From positions 21,638,001 through 21,702,000 of the forward strand of contig OZ024755.1 in the NCBI GenBank assembly GCA_964016885.1: a stretch of DNA of 64,000 nucleotides. The letters are read 5' to 3'. The position numbers were made by a program, and so were the translations under genes. The notes beneath the pieces were generated by a model. The model was not told the DNA's origin, ran no database searches, and saw only the letters and a program-made list of their open reading frames with translations. This document shows positions 14,112 through 28,731 of the stretch, one piece after another (positions within the stretch are counted from its first letter, which is position 1; each line of letters begins with the position of its first letter). Source of the DNA: Eledone cirrhosa. Its lineage: Eukaryota.

Positions 14112-14902
14112 ACGATGATGGCTGCAACTCGATTTCGAGTAATACCATCGCTTGAAACTTAAGCATGAGAACCAGGGACGTGGCTTTTTACTCCAGCAAT
14201 ACCTGGTAAAGATGAGAGAAGTTCGATGCTATCCAGTTTCCTAGATACAGCAGTAATTCAAAATCGGTTGAGGGTTTTCTCAGCCGTTGGGGAGTCTATT
14301 GAAGACTGTTAGGCTACGGGCTGCTGAGCTCAAAATGTATAAATAAAGAGAGAATAACCAAGTTATACTTAAAACATATGTTTCAATGCAGAGCGACGGG
14401 CCATACCACGATACATACGAGGAATCTGTCCCTCGCTCTACATATCTTCAGGAATTTAGATATTGTTAGAAGTTTCAAGAATATTACATACAAGAGATAA
14501 CTCCATACCAAAAATGAGGTTCATACCATACCAATTAATACATTGCAAATTACAGACACAATCAAAAGCAACACAGAAGCGGTATTAAAAACTATGTGTA
14601 TGTGTGTGTGTTTAATATATATTTACCTGTCAAGTATTTGTCTGTTTTTGTATACGTATTTCTGAATTTGATTTCTTTTTCTTTTTGTTTTATTGCAAGA
14701 CAAAAATGGTCGGGTTTTTTTCCTATTCCGGTGATTTGTCAAATAGACTAGGAACAGTTTTCAAATGGTCGTTTTCTAATTCCTCAGTACAAGACATTCA
14801 CAGACAACTGCCATACACATATGTATATAAACAACATTTGTTTTTGCTCTAACATGGTGGATACTTAAATGTATTCGTGAGTGATTAGCAATAATATAAT
14901 AA

Positions 14903-15078
14903 TAATTGTTTCTACTTTTTGGCACAAGGCCAGCAATTACCCAGTACATTACTGGTACTTTATTTTATCGACCCCGTAAGGATGAAAGGCAAAGTTAACC
15001 TCGGCGGGATTTGAACTCAGAATGGCAAGGGCCGTAACTCTATGCGTCCGACCCTCTACCGATACTGCCAATCCACCA
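14903..15078 (-). mobile_element. Family A SINE, deletion subfamily
   Basis: Diagnostic GAATGGCAAGGGCCGTAACTCTATGCGTC, shared with the array at 23907. Confidence 0.9.
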
Positions 15079-16061
15079 ATAATAATATTATTGATTTCTT
15101 TATTAGCCACAAGGGCGCAACAAGAAAGGGGACAATACAAAGACATGCCGGGGATTTTACATACAGTCGTGTATCCAGTTCGTTTGCTAGCAAAACAGCC
15201 TCATAACACTATGTGTAGGATATAGGCCCACCCCGAGCAAGATCGTTGGATAACATCCATGAGCTCGGCTGGTCTCTCTTGAAGGGATCCAGCTGGATCA
15301 ATGTGGAGATAGTTGCTTCTGACAGGACCTGCTGGGAGGAGTGTTTTAAGACTCCTCTTCCCCCCCCCCCCCATGACCTTCTCGGAAATAAATGAGCAAA
15401 GAAGAAGAATTAATGTTATTCTTTTTCTTTCTAATTCACACCATTCCTTTTACCTTATTTATATATATATATTATAGATATGATATATAACTGACACCTT
15501 GTGTCTTTCTGGGGGCGTGGGGCGGCAGATTGCAGTGGGGAAGAAAATCAATTTGCTATTATTTCTCTGATTCTCTGATTCTCTATATATTTTCAGACGA
15601 ACTCTGAAAGCTATTTTCATCATGATACCTCTTTTAGGACTCCAGCTGCTGTTTATCATCTACAAACCACATACATATTTTCATGAACTCCTTTCGGTTA
15701 TAATTGTCAATTCCCAAGCAAGTACTCTTTCTTTTTCTGATATAATTAACTGACAATAATACATCGTTTCTTTTCCTCTTCCTATTAAATATCTGCCAGC
15801 TACAATTCAGTTATTTCACAGATTCAGCTCATTTAAAAACAAATATGAAAAATATTTATTTGAATTTTTCATTTCAAGAAGATAAGGAATTCCAGGATGT
15901 ATAAAAAAATAATATTGTTGTTTGCTGCAAAAATAAAATATGGTGGATGAAAATAGCGAGAGATAATTGAAGAGTGGCTGATTGATGTAGATTATTTTCG
16001 GCAAAATAGAAACCATTATAAAAATAGTTAAATTTACAAACTCTAATGTTGCTGCTGCTGC

Positions 16062-16250
16062 TGTGGATTGGCAGTATCGGTAGAGGGTCGGACACCATGC
16101 TTTGCAGCATAGAGTTACGGTCCTTTACGGTCTGAGTTCAAATCCCGCCGAGGTTAACTTTGCCTTTCATCCTTACGGGGTCGATAAAATAGAGTACCAG
16201 TAATACACTGGGATAATTGCTGGCCTTGTGCCAAAAGTAGAAACAATTAT
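16062..16250 (+). mobile_element. Family A SINE (full length)
   Basis: A and B boxes, body, tail and (ATT)n. Confidence 0.9.
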
Positions 16251-17099
16251 TATTATTATTATTATTGTTGTTGTTGTTGTTGTTGTTGGGCGGTCGATTG
16301 GTAGAATCGGTAGAGCGTCAAACACCATGCTTTGCAACATAGAGTTATGGCCAGAAACACGAAATAACGAACCCGATACCTTAAAATGACTAATTCGATT
16401 CTATGATCGTTACTAGCTTTGTCGCACTAAAAGAGGACAATATCGGTTCTCCTAGGGCCTCATAATTATTAGGGTGTAATGATGTGAGGTGTTGTGGATT
16501 AGAGACTGTAGATCTATTTAATCTGATAAACATCAGAATCCTTCCATTCAAGCACAGAAACTTATTCATTCAACGAACCTCTAATATTCCAAATTTTAAA
16601 TTAATAAAGAAATTATGGAAACTACTTTTTTCTTGTTTCTTTCAGGGAGGACTTTTGGCTATTATGCTGTGTTTCTTCAACACTGAGGTAAGCATAAATT
16701 CAACAAACATTATACGCATGTATGTATAAGTTGCTGAAACCGCAGCAAAGTGATAGAAAGAAAATAAAAATAAAATAAAAATATATACAAATAAATTTAA
16801 GTTGGCAATAATCAAATTAAAATTAGTGGCGAAATTGAAGTTCACAGCAACGTAATCGATGTTGATGATGATGGGATTGGGATTGACGTTAATTTGGTTG
16901 ATAATGATAATTCTATATACATTTAGCATTTCTATATGATAAAATAATTAGTATTTAATAAATTTAAACATTACATGCTTTAATAAGAATTTCGTGTCTG
17001 CTTTGACCAAGTCAAATAAGTTGCTGAGAGCGACAGAGAAATATTTATATTTTAATCAGTCAATTGTGACTTCGTTTTGGTTTTGTTTTTATCAGTTTC

Positions 17100-18960
17100 G
17101 TGTCTGAAAATGTCCAAATCTGTACACTGTTACTTCACATGCGTGTGTTGTTCTGAAAGAATAAATCCAACTCTAGGCAAATTTTATTAGCTCTGATCGT
17201 CAGAAATTAATTACTGAGGGAAATTCATAAAATTGCATTTTTAATAATAAATTTTCTTTCAAATCGATAAGTTCCATGACATATTCCCAGTTTGCTATAC
17301 ACCGAATGAACACGGATTTAAATAAATCCGAGTGTAACAGTTTTCTACTTTCACGAAATTACGGAAACAACATTCAAATTATTCCAGGAATAATTGGATT
17401 GTTCGATATATTTTGTTAAAATTACTATTAACTTCAGTACATTCAATCTATTCTTTTGAAACTGGTTCAAATCCTCCAGAGATGAACTGTTGCATTTCAT
17501 TCTGAAATGCATTGATATCCATTACTAAAATTAAACTAAGAATCAATCCGTATATCCCCTCCAGTTTCAAATTTAGATTACTGAACTAAGCTGATCACAT
17601 CAACTAAAAATGCTAAATCAAATAGCCAATTGTTATCCCATTAAACAGCTCATCTTCCTTCGGGCAACTCATTTTTTCTTCTAGAAAATTATGAACAGTA
17701 TTTCTCGGTTTATAAAATCTACCAAAAGCCTGTACTCTAGAAAACCAGCACACCTCCCAATGGAAAACAAAATTGCTTTATTCCAAATATATTGTTTTAG
17801 CAATGTTCTCTGAATTTTCGTTTGTTTAATGTTCTTAATCTAATTATATTCACGTAGCGGGGGACGGCAGTCCACTCAACGATTCTTGGCATATAATTCA
17901 GTGATACTTCAGTAGCGAATCATCTCAAAAGTTTTCAAGCAAAGTTGAGTCCTAATGACTTTACCAATCATCGACGGAGATCTGTCAGTACTAATAATGA
18001 TGAGTTTACTAAAATTTACTTGTAGATTTTCCAAGTATAACTTTGCTTTCTCAAAAATTACCTAATGCTCTTCTTTTCCCGTAAAGTGACTGATGACCGA
18101 CAAATTCCTCAATGACGTTGAAAAACCCATCTTATAGAAATTAGCGAAAGTCTGTTCTAAGTCAGGCCAGTGCTTATCCTCGGGTTCTTTTGCGGTAAGT
18201 GACTGAGTACAAGACTCTTCCTGGACAGGTTGCCGGTCTATCGCAGGATTAATTCCCCAGCTACTGCTGTTATTCATCTCAGCTGGATATACTGAAGCAA
18301 CGTGAAATAAAATGCTTTGCTCAAGAACATAACACACAATCCAGTCCAGGAATAAAACTGATGTCATTAAGATCGTACGTCAAGCATCCTAACTATTAGG
18401 CCATGTAGATTGACCGAAATTAAAATACAAGTATAGCAAAGGCCTTTCATTTGCTCGGATACATCACGAGAAAGTTCTTCGGTGCATCTCATAAATGTTA
18501 TTACAGAGCAATTCCATTTACTTTTCTTGCAATATTTTTATCACCAAAACACCTTACAAATATTTGGAGACAAAACCTGACAATGTTATTCTCCGTCAGA
18601 AAAAAAGCTTCTGTTTTGGGACTAACACTAAAATAATATCACAGGAGGCTTCTTTCCTTTTCATCGCCACACTTTTACATCTTTCAGCAAACATATTTTG
18701 TCTTCTTCTGATACATTCCCTTTTCTTAATCGTCTTTCCGTAACTCAGGCCAAAGCCTTAGTTTCAGTTTTCCTTCTACTTTAGTATTGAGTTTTCTAGA
18801 CTGTATTATGATCACGTCATCTATTAGATTAAAAAAAAACAACCATTTTCCCCCAAACAACACACAATTGTTTTCTTGGAGGACTCAATATAAATAAAAA
18901 CTCGCTTTCTCACTTCATTGAATTCAAGTTTTCCTTTGGAAAGTAAAAATAAGGTTTAAT
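17100..18960 (-). pseudogene. Decayed hAT (Buster/Charlie, GTF2IRD2-like) transposase interrupted by a SINE
   Basis: Minus-strand translation fragments in the expected order: SDGE; ISTDRSPSMIGK (~TTDGAPAMVGK); FHWEVCWFSR (~YHTEVRWLSR); DNNWLFDLAFLVDV..NLNLKLEG. Many stops and frameshifts. Confidence 0.8.
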
Positions 18961-19876
18961 TTTCGGGGAAAAAAAAATATTATTCACAAATGACGAACTA
19001 GCAAAACACCGCGGTGAATAAGCAATGGCGGCAACCTCAAGATCAAATATATATCACACGAGTGAGCAGTTCTAATAATCATAATCGCCTTTTTGACGCA
19101 TGTGCCATGGGTTGGCCATCTTTGCTTTAAATGTTCATTTCATCTGCTAGAAATAACAACCACATTCCCTCCAAATCATACCCCCACCCTGTCTTAAATA
19201 AGGAAAAGAAGACGAATTAAATAATGTAGTTCAACATAAATTACTGAAATGCCTTTGATCATAAGTCTACCCAATCAAGGTTCACCTAGGGTTAAACAAC
19301 AACAACCAATCAACACCAATTGACGGTAATAATTAAAACGTGGTGAACGGCAATGATAATGAACGGTACCGTAAATTGCTGAATCCATGCCGAAGTGTAA
19401 AAATACACATGATTTTAGTTAGATGTTCTTATAATATAATATACACATAATTATAGATAAGTACTTGAAAAGTTTCAGAGACAGACGTGCTTATCACAGC
19501 AAAAACCTTCTCACGCTAAAGATATATGTTTTCAATTATACAAACTCCTTCGATATACATATATACGCCCCAATAATTACATGTAAATAAATATATATAT
19601 ATATACATTTACATATAATAAATATATATTAGTTCGTGTCTCCGACAACTAGTCATTTCTTTGGCATGACTGACTACTTGTGTAAGCAATCTGGCGTAGT
19701 TTTCTCAGTCGATGTTGTAGTAGATAAACTGAGTCTACCTATCGATTAGGTTATTTGCTATTAAACTTGGTGCCGCGGTCAGGATTTTTCACATATCTAT
19801 ACACACTCTATATCTCTCCATGTATCGAGTATTCACATGATTAGTGGTCTCCTCGGTTTCAGCGCCGCAGACTCTC

Positions 19877-19952
<76 letters not shown>

Positions 19953-20029
19953 GCTCGCTCTTTATATATATATATATAAATTTTGTCAAATGGTATTTTG
20001 ATTTGATTTTTAAATCTACGAATCTTATT

Positions 20030-22095
<2,066 letters not shown>

Positions 22096-22250
22096 AGATA
22101 AATCTACCAAAAGTTTACGGTAGTGTCCAATCCGTATGAAGAACTCAATGTAATCCGGATATCATGAAACGATCGTAAAATGATGAATTTTTTTAATATA
22201 AGGAACTGTTTCTTTGTTTATTCATTATTTTATTAATTTATATATATATA

Positions 22251-22299
<49 letters not shown>

Positions 22300-22329
22300 A
22301 GATCAAAAGATGGTTAAAGGAGTTCCATG

Positions 22330-22398
22330 TATTTTATTATGCACATTTCAAAAACAAACATCATCATGCTATAATATGTGTTTTCATCAGATAAAACA
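22330..22398 (-). ncRNA. Type I hammerhead ribozyme (family HH-2, inverted copy)
   Basis: TGTTTTAT-CTGATGA-stem II-GAAA-TGTGCA-TA-ATAAAATA on the minus strand. Confidence 0.7.
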
Positions 22399-22611
22399 GG
22401 AGAACATGATATGAAGGCTAAAAAACACTTGTGGATAGTGCAGTTTTAAATCAACATATGTTGATAATATTTGTGTTTTCATCAGATAAAACAGGAGAAC
22501 ATGATATGAAGGCTAAAAAACACTTGTGGATAGTGCAGTTTTAAATCAACATATGTTGATTTAAAACTGCACTATCCACAAGTGTTTTTTAGCCTTCATA
22601 TCATGTTCTCC

Positions 22612-22682
22612 TGTTTTATCTGATGAAAACACAAATATTATTGCATGATGATGTTTGTTTTTGAAATGCGTATAATAAAATA
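22612..22682 (+). ncRNA. Type I hammerhead ribozyme (family HH-2)
   Basis: Stem I TGTTTTAT/ATAAAATA, CTGATGA 22620-22626, AT-rich stem II, GAAA 22663-22666, short stem III, predicted cleavage after A22674. Confidence 0.75.
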
Positions 22683-22805
22683 CATGGAACTCCTTTAACC
22701 ATCTTTTGATCTTATATATTATGTATACTCCAGTCCTACAAACTGTAGAGTGCTTCTTATCCGATATCTGCATTGCTTTATTGTACTACAATAAAACTCA
22801 CCTCC

Positions 22806-22846
<41 letters not shown>

Positions 22847-23029
22847 GTAATAAACAACATAAGATAATTATTTCTGGGTTTGCTTCTTTTTTTTTTGTCA
22901 ACATAGTTTCATTAAAATATTGTTGTTGTAGGAATGCGGTTTTTTTTAGCTTCAAATTAAAGCGAGGTTGTCGAGGAGCTAATCATAACATACAATTGAA
23001 ATAAATTGCGACTCTAAAAAGTATCCTCA

Positions 23030-23526
23030 TATATGTGTGTGTGTGTGTACGCGCATGTGTGGGTATGCTTGAATGTGTGTGTGTGTGTGTGCGCGCGCAT
23101 GTGTAAGTATGTATGTTCGTATGTGTGTGTATGTATAAGTATTTATGTGTGTGTGTGCGTGCGCGCGCATGTGTAAATATGTATGAATGTGTGTGTGTGT
23201 ACGCGCATGTGTAAATATGATTGAATGTGTGTGTGCGCGCATGTGTAAGTATGTATGTTTGTACGTGTGTGTATGTATGTGTGTGTGCATGCGCGCGCGA
23301 ATGTGTAAGTATGTATGTTTGTATGTGTGTGTATGTATGTGTAAGTATTTGTGTCTGTGTGTGTGTGCGCGCGCGCGCTTGTGTAAATATGTATGAATGT
23401 GTGTGTGTGTGTACGCGCATGTGTAAGTATGCTTGAATGTGTGTGTGCGCGTGCGCGCATGTGTAAGTATATATGTTTGTATGTATGTGTGAATGTATGT
23501 GTGTGTGTAAGTATGTATGTGTGTGC
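23030..23526. repeat. Compound (TG)n(CG)n/(TATG)n alternating purine-pyrimidine repeat
   Basis: Higher-order units such as GAAT(GT)n(GC)nATGTGTAAGTAT. Confidence 0.9.
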
Positions 23527-23906
23527 ATATATTTGTCTACTTCTTTGAAAGTAGAAAGTAATAGCAAGTTATATTTCCCCGTCTATTTTCAGGTACACAA
23601 CCATGTAAGAAGTGCGTGCAAACGAATGAATTCTCCCGTGTGCCATGTAGAACGTAATTTGTTTATATCAACTCAACTGACAGGTGTACAATGTCACAAT
23701 AACCGTCCTACAGTGTCACGAAACGACAGTACAACAACTGAATTACCAAACAAAAAGAAATTAGAAAGATGCGCCGAGGAACACACCTACATCCCTTTAC
23801 ATAAACTGAGAGATGAAACGTGTGAAGTCAATTGTAAAACTTAAATTAGGACTTGAAAATATTTGACCAAGAGACACAAATCAACCAAGAATTGAAAAAT
23901 ATTCAA

Positions 23907-24627
23907 GCTAATAATTGTTTCTACTTTAGGCACAAGGCCAGCAATTATCCAGTGCATTACTGGTACTTTATTTTATCAACCCCGTAAGGATGAAAGGCAA
24001 AGTCAACCTCGGCGAGATTTGAACTCAGAATGGCAAGGGCCGTAACTCTATGCGTCAAAAGCTAATAATTGTTTCTACTTTAGGCACAGGGCCAGCAATT
24101 ACCCAGTGCATTACTGGTACTTTATTTTATCAACCCCGTAAGGATGAAAGGCAAAGTCAACCTCGGCGAGATTTGAACTCAGAATGGCAAGGGCCGTAAC
24201 TCTATGCGTCAAAAGCTAATAATCGTTTCTACTTTAGGCACAAGGCCAGCAATTACCCAGTGCATTACTGGTACTTTATTTTATCAACCCCGTAAGGATG
24301 AAAGGCAAAGTCAACCTCGGCGAGATTTGAACTCAGAATGGCAAGGGCCGTAACTCTATGCGTCAAAAGCTAATAATCGTTTCTACTTTAGGCACAAGGC
24401 CAGCAATTACCCAGTGCATTACTGGTACTTTATTTTATCGACCCCGTAAGGATGAAAGGCAAAGTCAACCTCGGCGAGATTTGAACTCAGAATGGCAAGG
24501 GCCGTAACTCTATGCGTCAAAAGCTAATAATTGTTTCTACTTTAGGCACAAGGCCAGCAATTACCCAGTGCATTACTGGTACTTTATTTTATCGACCCCG
24601 TAAGGATGAAAGGCAAAGTCAACCTCG
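23907..24627 (-). repeat. Tandem array of 4.7 x 154-bp truncated family A SINE
   Basis: Units start at 23907, 24061, 24215, 24369 and 24523 and are near-identical. Confidence 0.95.
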
Positions 24628-25979
24628 AAGAGAGATAGAAAGAAGAAAATAAAGGAGAGTTGAAGTAGATGACTTCGTTTTCAGAAAAAATTGGAAAGGA
24701 TTCTGTTTGAACTGAAGTTTAGGGAAGCAATTTAGTGACAGAAAGATTACTGGGATTTAAATATAACCTACAAGGCTTCGGCTGAAACGGTCATAGGCTG
24801 ACTATGGAGTGATGTCAGAGCTATGAAATCTTGCATGCATTAATTTCAACTCTTCTTATTAATTGTTTCCACTTTTGGCACAAGGCCAGCAATTAACCCA
24901 GTGCATTACTGGTGCTTTTTTTATTTTATCGACCCCGTAAGGATGGCGGACAAAGTTAACCTCGATGGGATTTGAACTCAGATCGTAAAGGGCCGTAACT
25001 CTGTGCTACAAAGCATAGCGTCCGACACTCTAAATAACTGCATTGTTTCTTTCTAGGAACTATTTTGCGTTATATTTCAAGCGGAAATATAACTAGAATG
25101 GTTTCAAACTGCTTTCTCCGTGTGCAAATGGGGTAGCAGTTACTTAATTAGTACTTTTGGCTATCTCATATGACATTAGGAAGATCCAACCGTAGAAACC
25201 AAGCCAACATCAGTTGTGTGTGAATAAAACACTGTTCCAACTAGGCATGTCTCACAACGGGACAGCTCATCTAACCCATGCTAGCGTGGAAGATGGACGT
25301 TAAAGTATGATAATGATGATGAAGGAGGGTTGAGTGTCTTGATCATGGAACAAGTCACGTACTGAGGTTAGCTCGGTTGGCTGACCACGTCTCACTCATA
25401 CGGTCTGTTTTTTTTATTGGCTTTTCCACAGCTGGATGCCCTTCCTAACGGAAATCACTAGAAAATTCTCTTGGTACTTCTCTCTCTTTCTCTCGGCAGC
25501 AGATTTTGGCTGTGATAACAGCCCAGCCATTTCAGCTGGCCACCAAGCGACTAATATAAGTCAGTTATAATATGAGACAACACACTAAGTTCACCTCTCT
25601 ACATTCATGCATATAATTTCTCTCTCTCTAAAACCTCTATACGAAACAGTTTGCTAACAAGTTCCTCTACACCTAAATATATTTACATTCAAAGAAAATA
25701 CTTTTCTTTTCTACGAACTCTATATTTTACTATAATCTCAATGAAAACATTATGATTGTTGTTATTTTCAGGTGTTGCATATTTCTGGTGTGCTACATGG
25801 ATTTGTTGTATTCCATGACTAAAAATAAATATATAATTAGCAGTATTGCTTCCTTGTTCCTATTCACTCGAAACCAATGCGTTGGAGCAATCACTTCCAT
25901 AGCATTGATCACATCAACAATACATTAATACATTATGTAATTGACTCGAGTATAATGTTATATACTGCTTTTTGATCAT

Positions 25980-26050
25980 CTAGTAGTTTTGGCTCGTTTT
26001 CGTAAACATAGGATCATATCCTGTTTACGAAAACGAGCCAAAACTACTAG
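25980..26050. repeat. Perfect 29-bp inverted repeat with 13-nt spacer
   Basis: CTAGTAGTTTTGGCTCGTTTTCGTAAACA (25980-26008) pairs with 26022-26050. Confidence 0.95.
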
Positions 26051-26815
26051 GTCTTTTAAGCTGTATGAAGTTTCTCGCATAATTTCACTCCTTAGGTCAT
26101 AAAGATTAGTTCTATCGGTGCGAGAAAGGCCTAATAAAAGCAGGGCAGGTCCATTTATTTCCGCCACTTAGTCTTCAATCGCGATAGCCTGTTTAACAGT
26201 GGAAACGATATGCTGATTTGGGCATGTCAGAGGTCATTGTAATTGTTGGTGATCTATGAAAACTTAAAATATATATATGTATAAATATATATAAGTATAC
26301 ATACATGTATAAAGAAATGTGTATGTACACAGTTATCGGCAAATAGAGTAAATTAATCTAAAAATGTATAAGTGAGTAACGCCCCTTGGACTATTACTAA
26401 TTTTATTTTATTAGTAATTAAAAATGTAAAAAAATATTGAAAAAAAATCCATTAAAATTGAACTAAACACCAAGAGAGAAAAAGACACAGTGGGATAGAG
26501 CAAGCGAGAGCGGTTTTAGACAATACTTTAATTATTACCAATGTATTCAGGATTTCGTGTAATTGCCGGTCAACAAACCATCAAAGCTACAAACTTCCTT
26601 TTATATATATAACAAAGAAAGTGTGGTAAGGAACCAGGTGGACCATAACGCCCCAGAGTACTCGATACTTAGGGCAGTAGGATGGGTTATATATGTGTGT
26701 GTGTGTGTGTGTGAAAAATTCGGGACCACTCCGGCTGTTTCAACAGCTAGATCCGAACTCAAGTATCGAGTACTCTGGTGAGTAATGGTCTAACTGGTTT
26801 TTACCACCTCCATTT

Positions 26816-26856
<41 letters not shown>

Positions 26857-27394
26857 TTTGGTGTATCACGTAGATATATTGATAAATGGAAAACTGGTAT
26901 TCCGATACCGGAAAACAAAGGGGGCAGAAAAAGAAGGAAAAATAAAAAATAAATTGAAAAGGAGACAAAGAAAGAAGGGTCAAGAAACGAGAGAGGGAGG
27001 GACAGACATTTAGCTGAAATACTTTGTTGGTATGGCTGGTATTGAATATCCTTAAGTATGGAATAAATTTGTAGGCTACGTGTTTATGTTTTTAGTCCGC
27101 GTGGAAGGATCCGAAAGCAAATTTAAACTTGTAATAATGGTTTATTCTCTTTAAAACGAATTAACACCGTGAAGTAAGCTGCATGAAAGTTAGTAAGGGT
27201 GAAACCTGGAATGCAACTGGTCTGAATAGATATTTTGGAGCGAATTTCCTAGCTGGGACGGAAGTTACTGCTTGGTATTCCTGCGCCGCCGACTTAAAAG
27301 CTTGGCGACTGACCAAGGACGACCCAATTATTCCGCCGCGACAAGGTAGTGCCATTGCTTACTACACCCCAGTCTGAGCAGTGCCTCAGCCGCG

Positions 27395-27677
27395 CCCCTC
27401 GGACAAAAGCGTTACCGCAGAGAATGGCGAAAAACACCCATTGCAACAATCACCCCACCTCACGGGGTTCCCTCCTCAAGCGGGTTGCTGTCTCCGATTT
27501 TACGGGGGAAATCAGCGGAGCAAAGAAGGACATTAGCGCTCTCAACAGAAACCGGTACAAGTCAGGTCCCGGTATTTTACCATCTTCCTTTCCTTTGCAT
27601 TGCGAGTACCGGAGCCCGGGTTTGTGGCCAAAGCAACATTGTTGGTGGCGGAGAACGAGTCTAGTCGTTGCACGTAA
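27395..27677 (-). mobile_element. CRE-like non-LTR retrotransposon, decayed C-terminal restriction-like endonuclease region
   Basis: Minus-strand fragments DSFSATN..NAKERKMVKYRDL and REPREVG*LLQWVFFAILCGNA resemble AE.RK..KY..L and D.RE..FL.QRLS.AIQRGNA. Confidence 0.7.
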
Positions 27678-27899
27678 TTAATTTTAGACATAATAGTTGT
27701 GAATAGTTGCAGATAATATCGTCACTTATCACTGGTTGAAGCTTGTTGATATTTCCGTCGGTAAGTGACAAGGGCTAATCAAGGGAAATAACTTCTGCAT
27801 GCGTGGTCCTCCGTCCTGCTAGAAATAGTAGCCAAATCTTCCTTGAATCACAGTTTTTTTCAAAAAGGAAAATATAATTCTAGATATGCAAAAAGTTGG

Positions 27900-28465
27900 G
27901 ATGTTCACGGTTGGAATGTCTTTGATCATCAGCCAGCTCAATCAATGATGACTTGTAGTTAAACAACAACCTTGACCTCCAGTCCCCGGTCTCACTGATT
28001 TTGGCCGCGTTTCTTTCTTTGGTAACCTCTTGCTGCATCCTCATCAACAATGTTCTCCAAAACAAAATGGAAGCCACTGTGATCGAGGAACGTAAGGCCG
28101 CCTGCAAGACGTGGAACTGGTTAGGTCTCAGCCCAGTAGACAGACAACCCTTCTCCTTCTCTCCCTGTTGATGTCAAGTCCCACTAGAGCATATGGGATG
28201 CCACCCAGTGCAACCTGGCCTTGGACAGGCTAGTGCACCAGTTCGACCGGCACTGACTCGCAACCCCACAGCAGTGCCTGTCTCCATGCCTTACTCTCCT
28301 TTTCTACTGGCATGCAACTAGACAATGATAGCCTGCACATCGGGGTTTCTCTGAGGTTCAGCCTCCAGATCTGCAAGTCACACAAATGTCGTTGCAGATC
28401 CACCGTAGACTCTCTCGGCCTCCATCTATTCTCATGCCGCTACAGTGCCAACCACCTTCCATGCT
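27900..28465 (+). mobile_element. CRE-like non-LTR retrotransposon, decayed post-RT / zinc-knuckle region
   Basis: SACLHALLSFSTGMQLDNDSLHIGVSLRFSLQICKSHKCRCRSTVDSLGLHLFSCRYSA resembles SGAWL.A.P...G..LD...RI.V.LRLG..C..H.C.CG..VD..G.H.LSC..SAG. Confidence 0.75.
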
Positions 28466-28662
28466 CATGGTAGTGAGAGATGGGGGGGGGGGGGGGGGGG
28501 GACGAGAAAGACGGAGATAATGACAGTGGGAGTTCGGCTCCCTTGTGTCCAGACCTGGTGTATATGTTTACTTCTATTCACCAGCTTACCTACTTGATTG
28601 TCACTTGGAACAACAGCAGACTCTCTCTCTGTCTATCTTTCCCTACTCATTATATATATATA

Positions 28663-28731
<69 letters not shown>

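Noticed and set aside
19768-19787. tRNA-His primer-binding-site-like TGGTGCCGCGGTCAGGATT
   Set aside because: About three mismatches, no preceding LTR ending in CA and no gag/pol downstream.
27130-27366. Solo LTR (TGT...ACA)
   Set aside because: No TSD; better explained as the 3' UTR with AATAAA of the adjacent CRE-like fragment.
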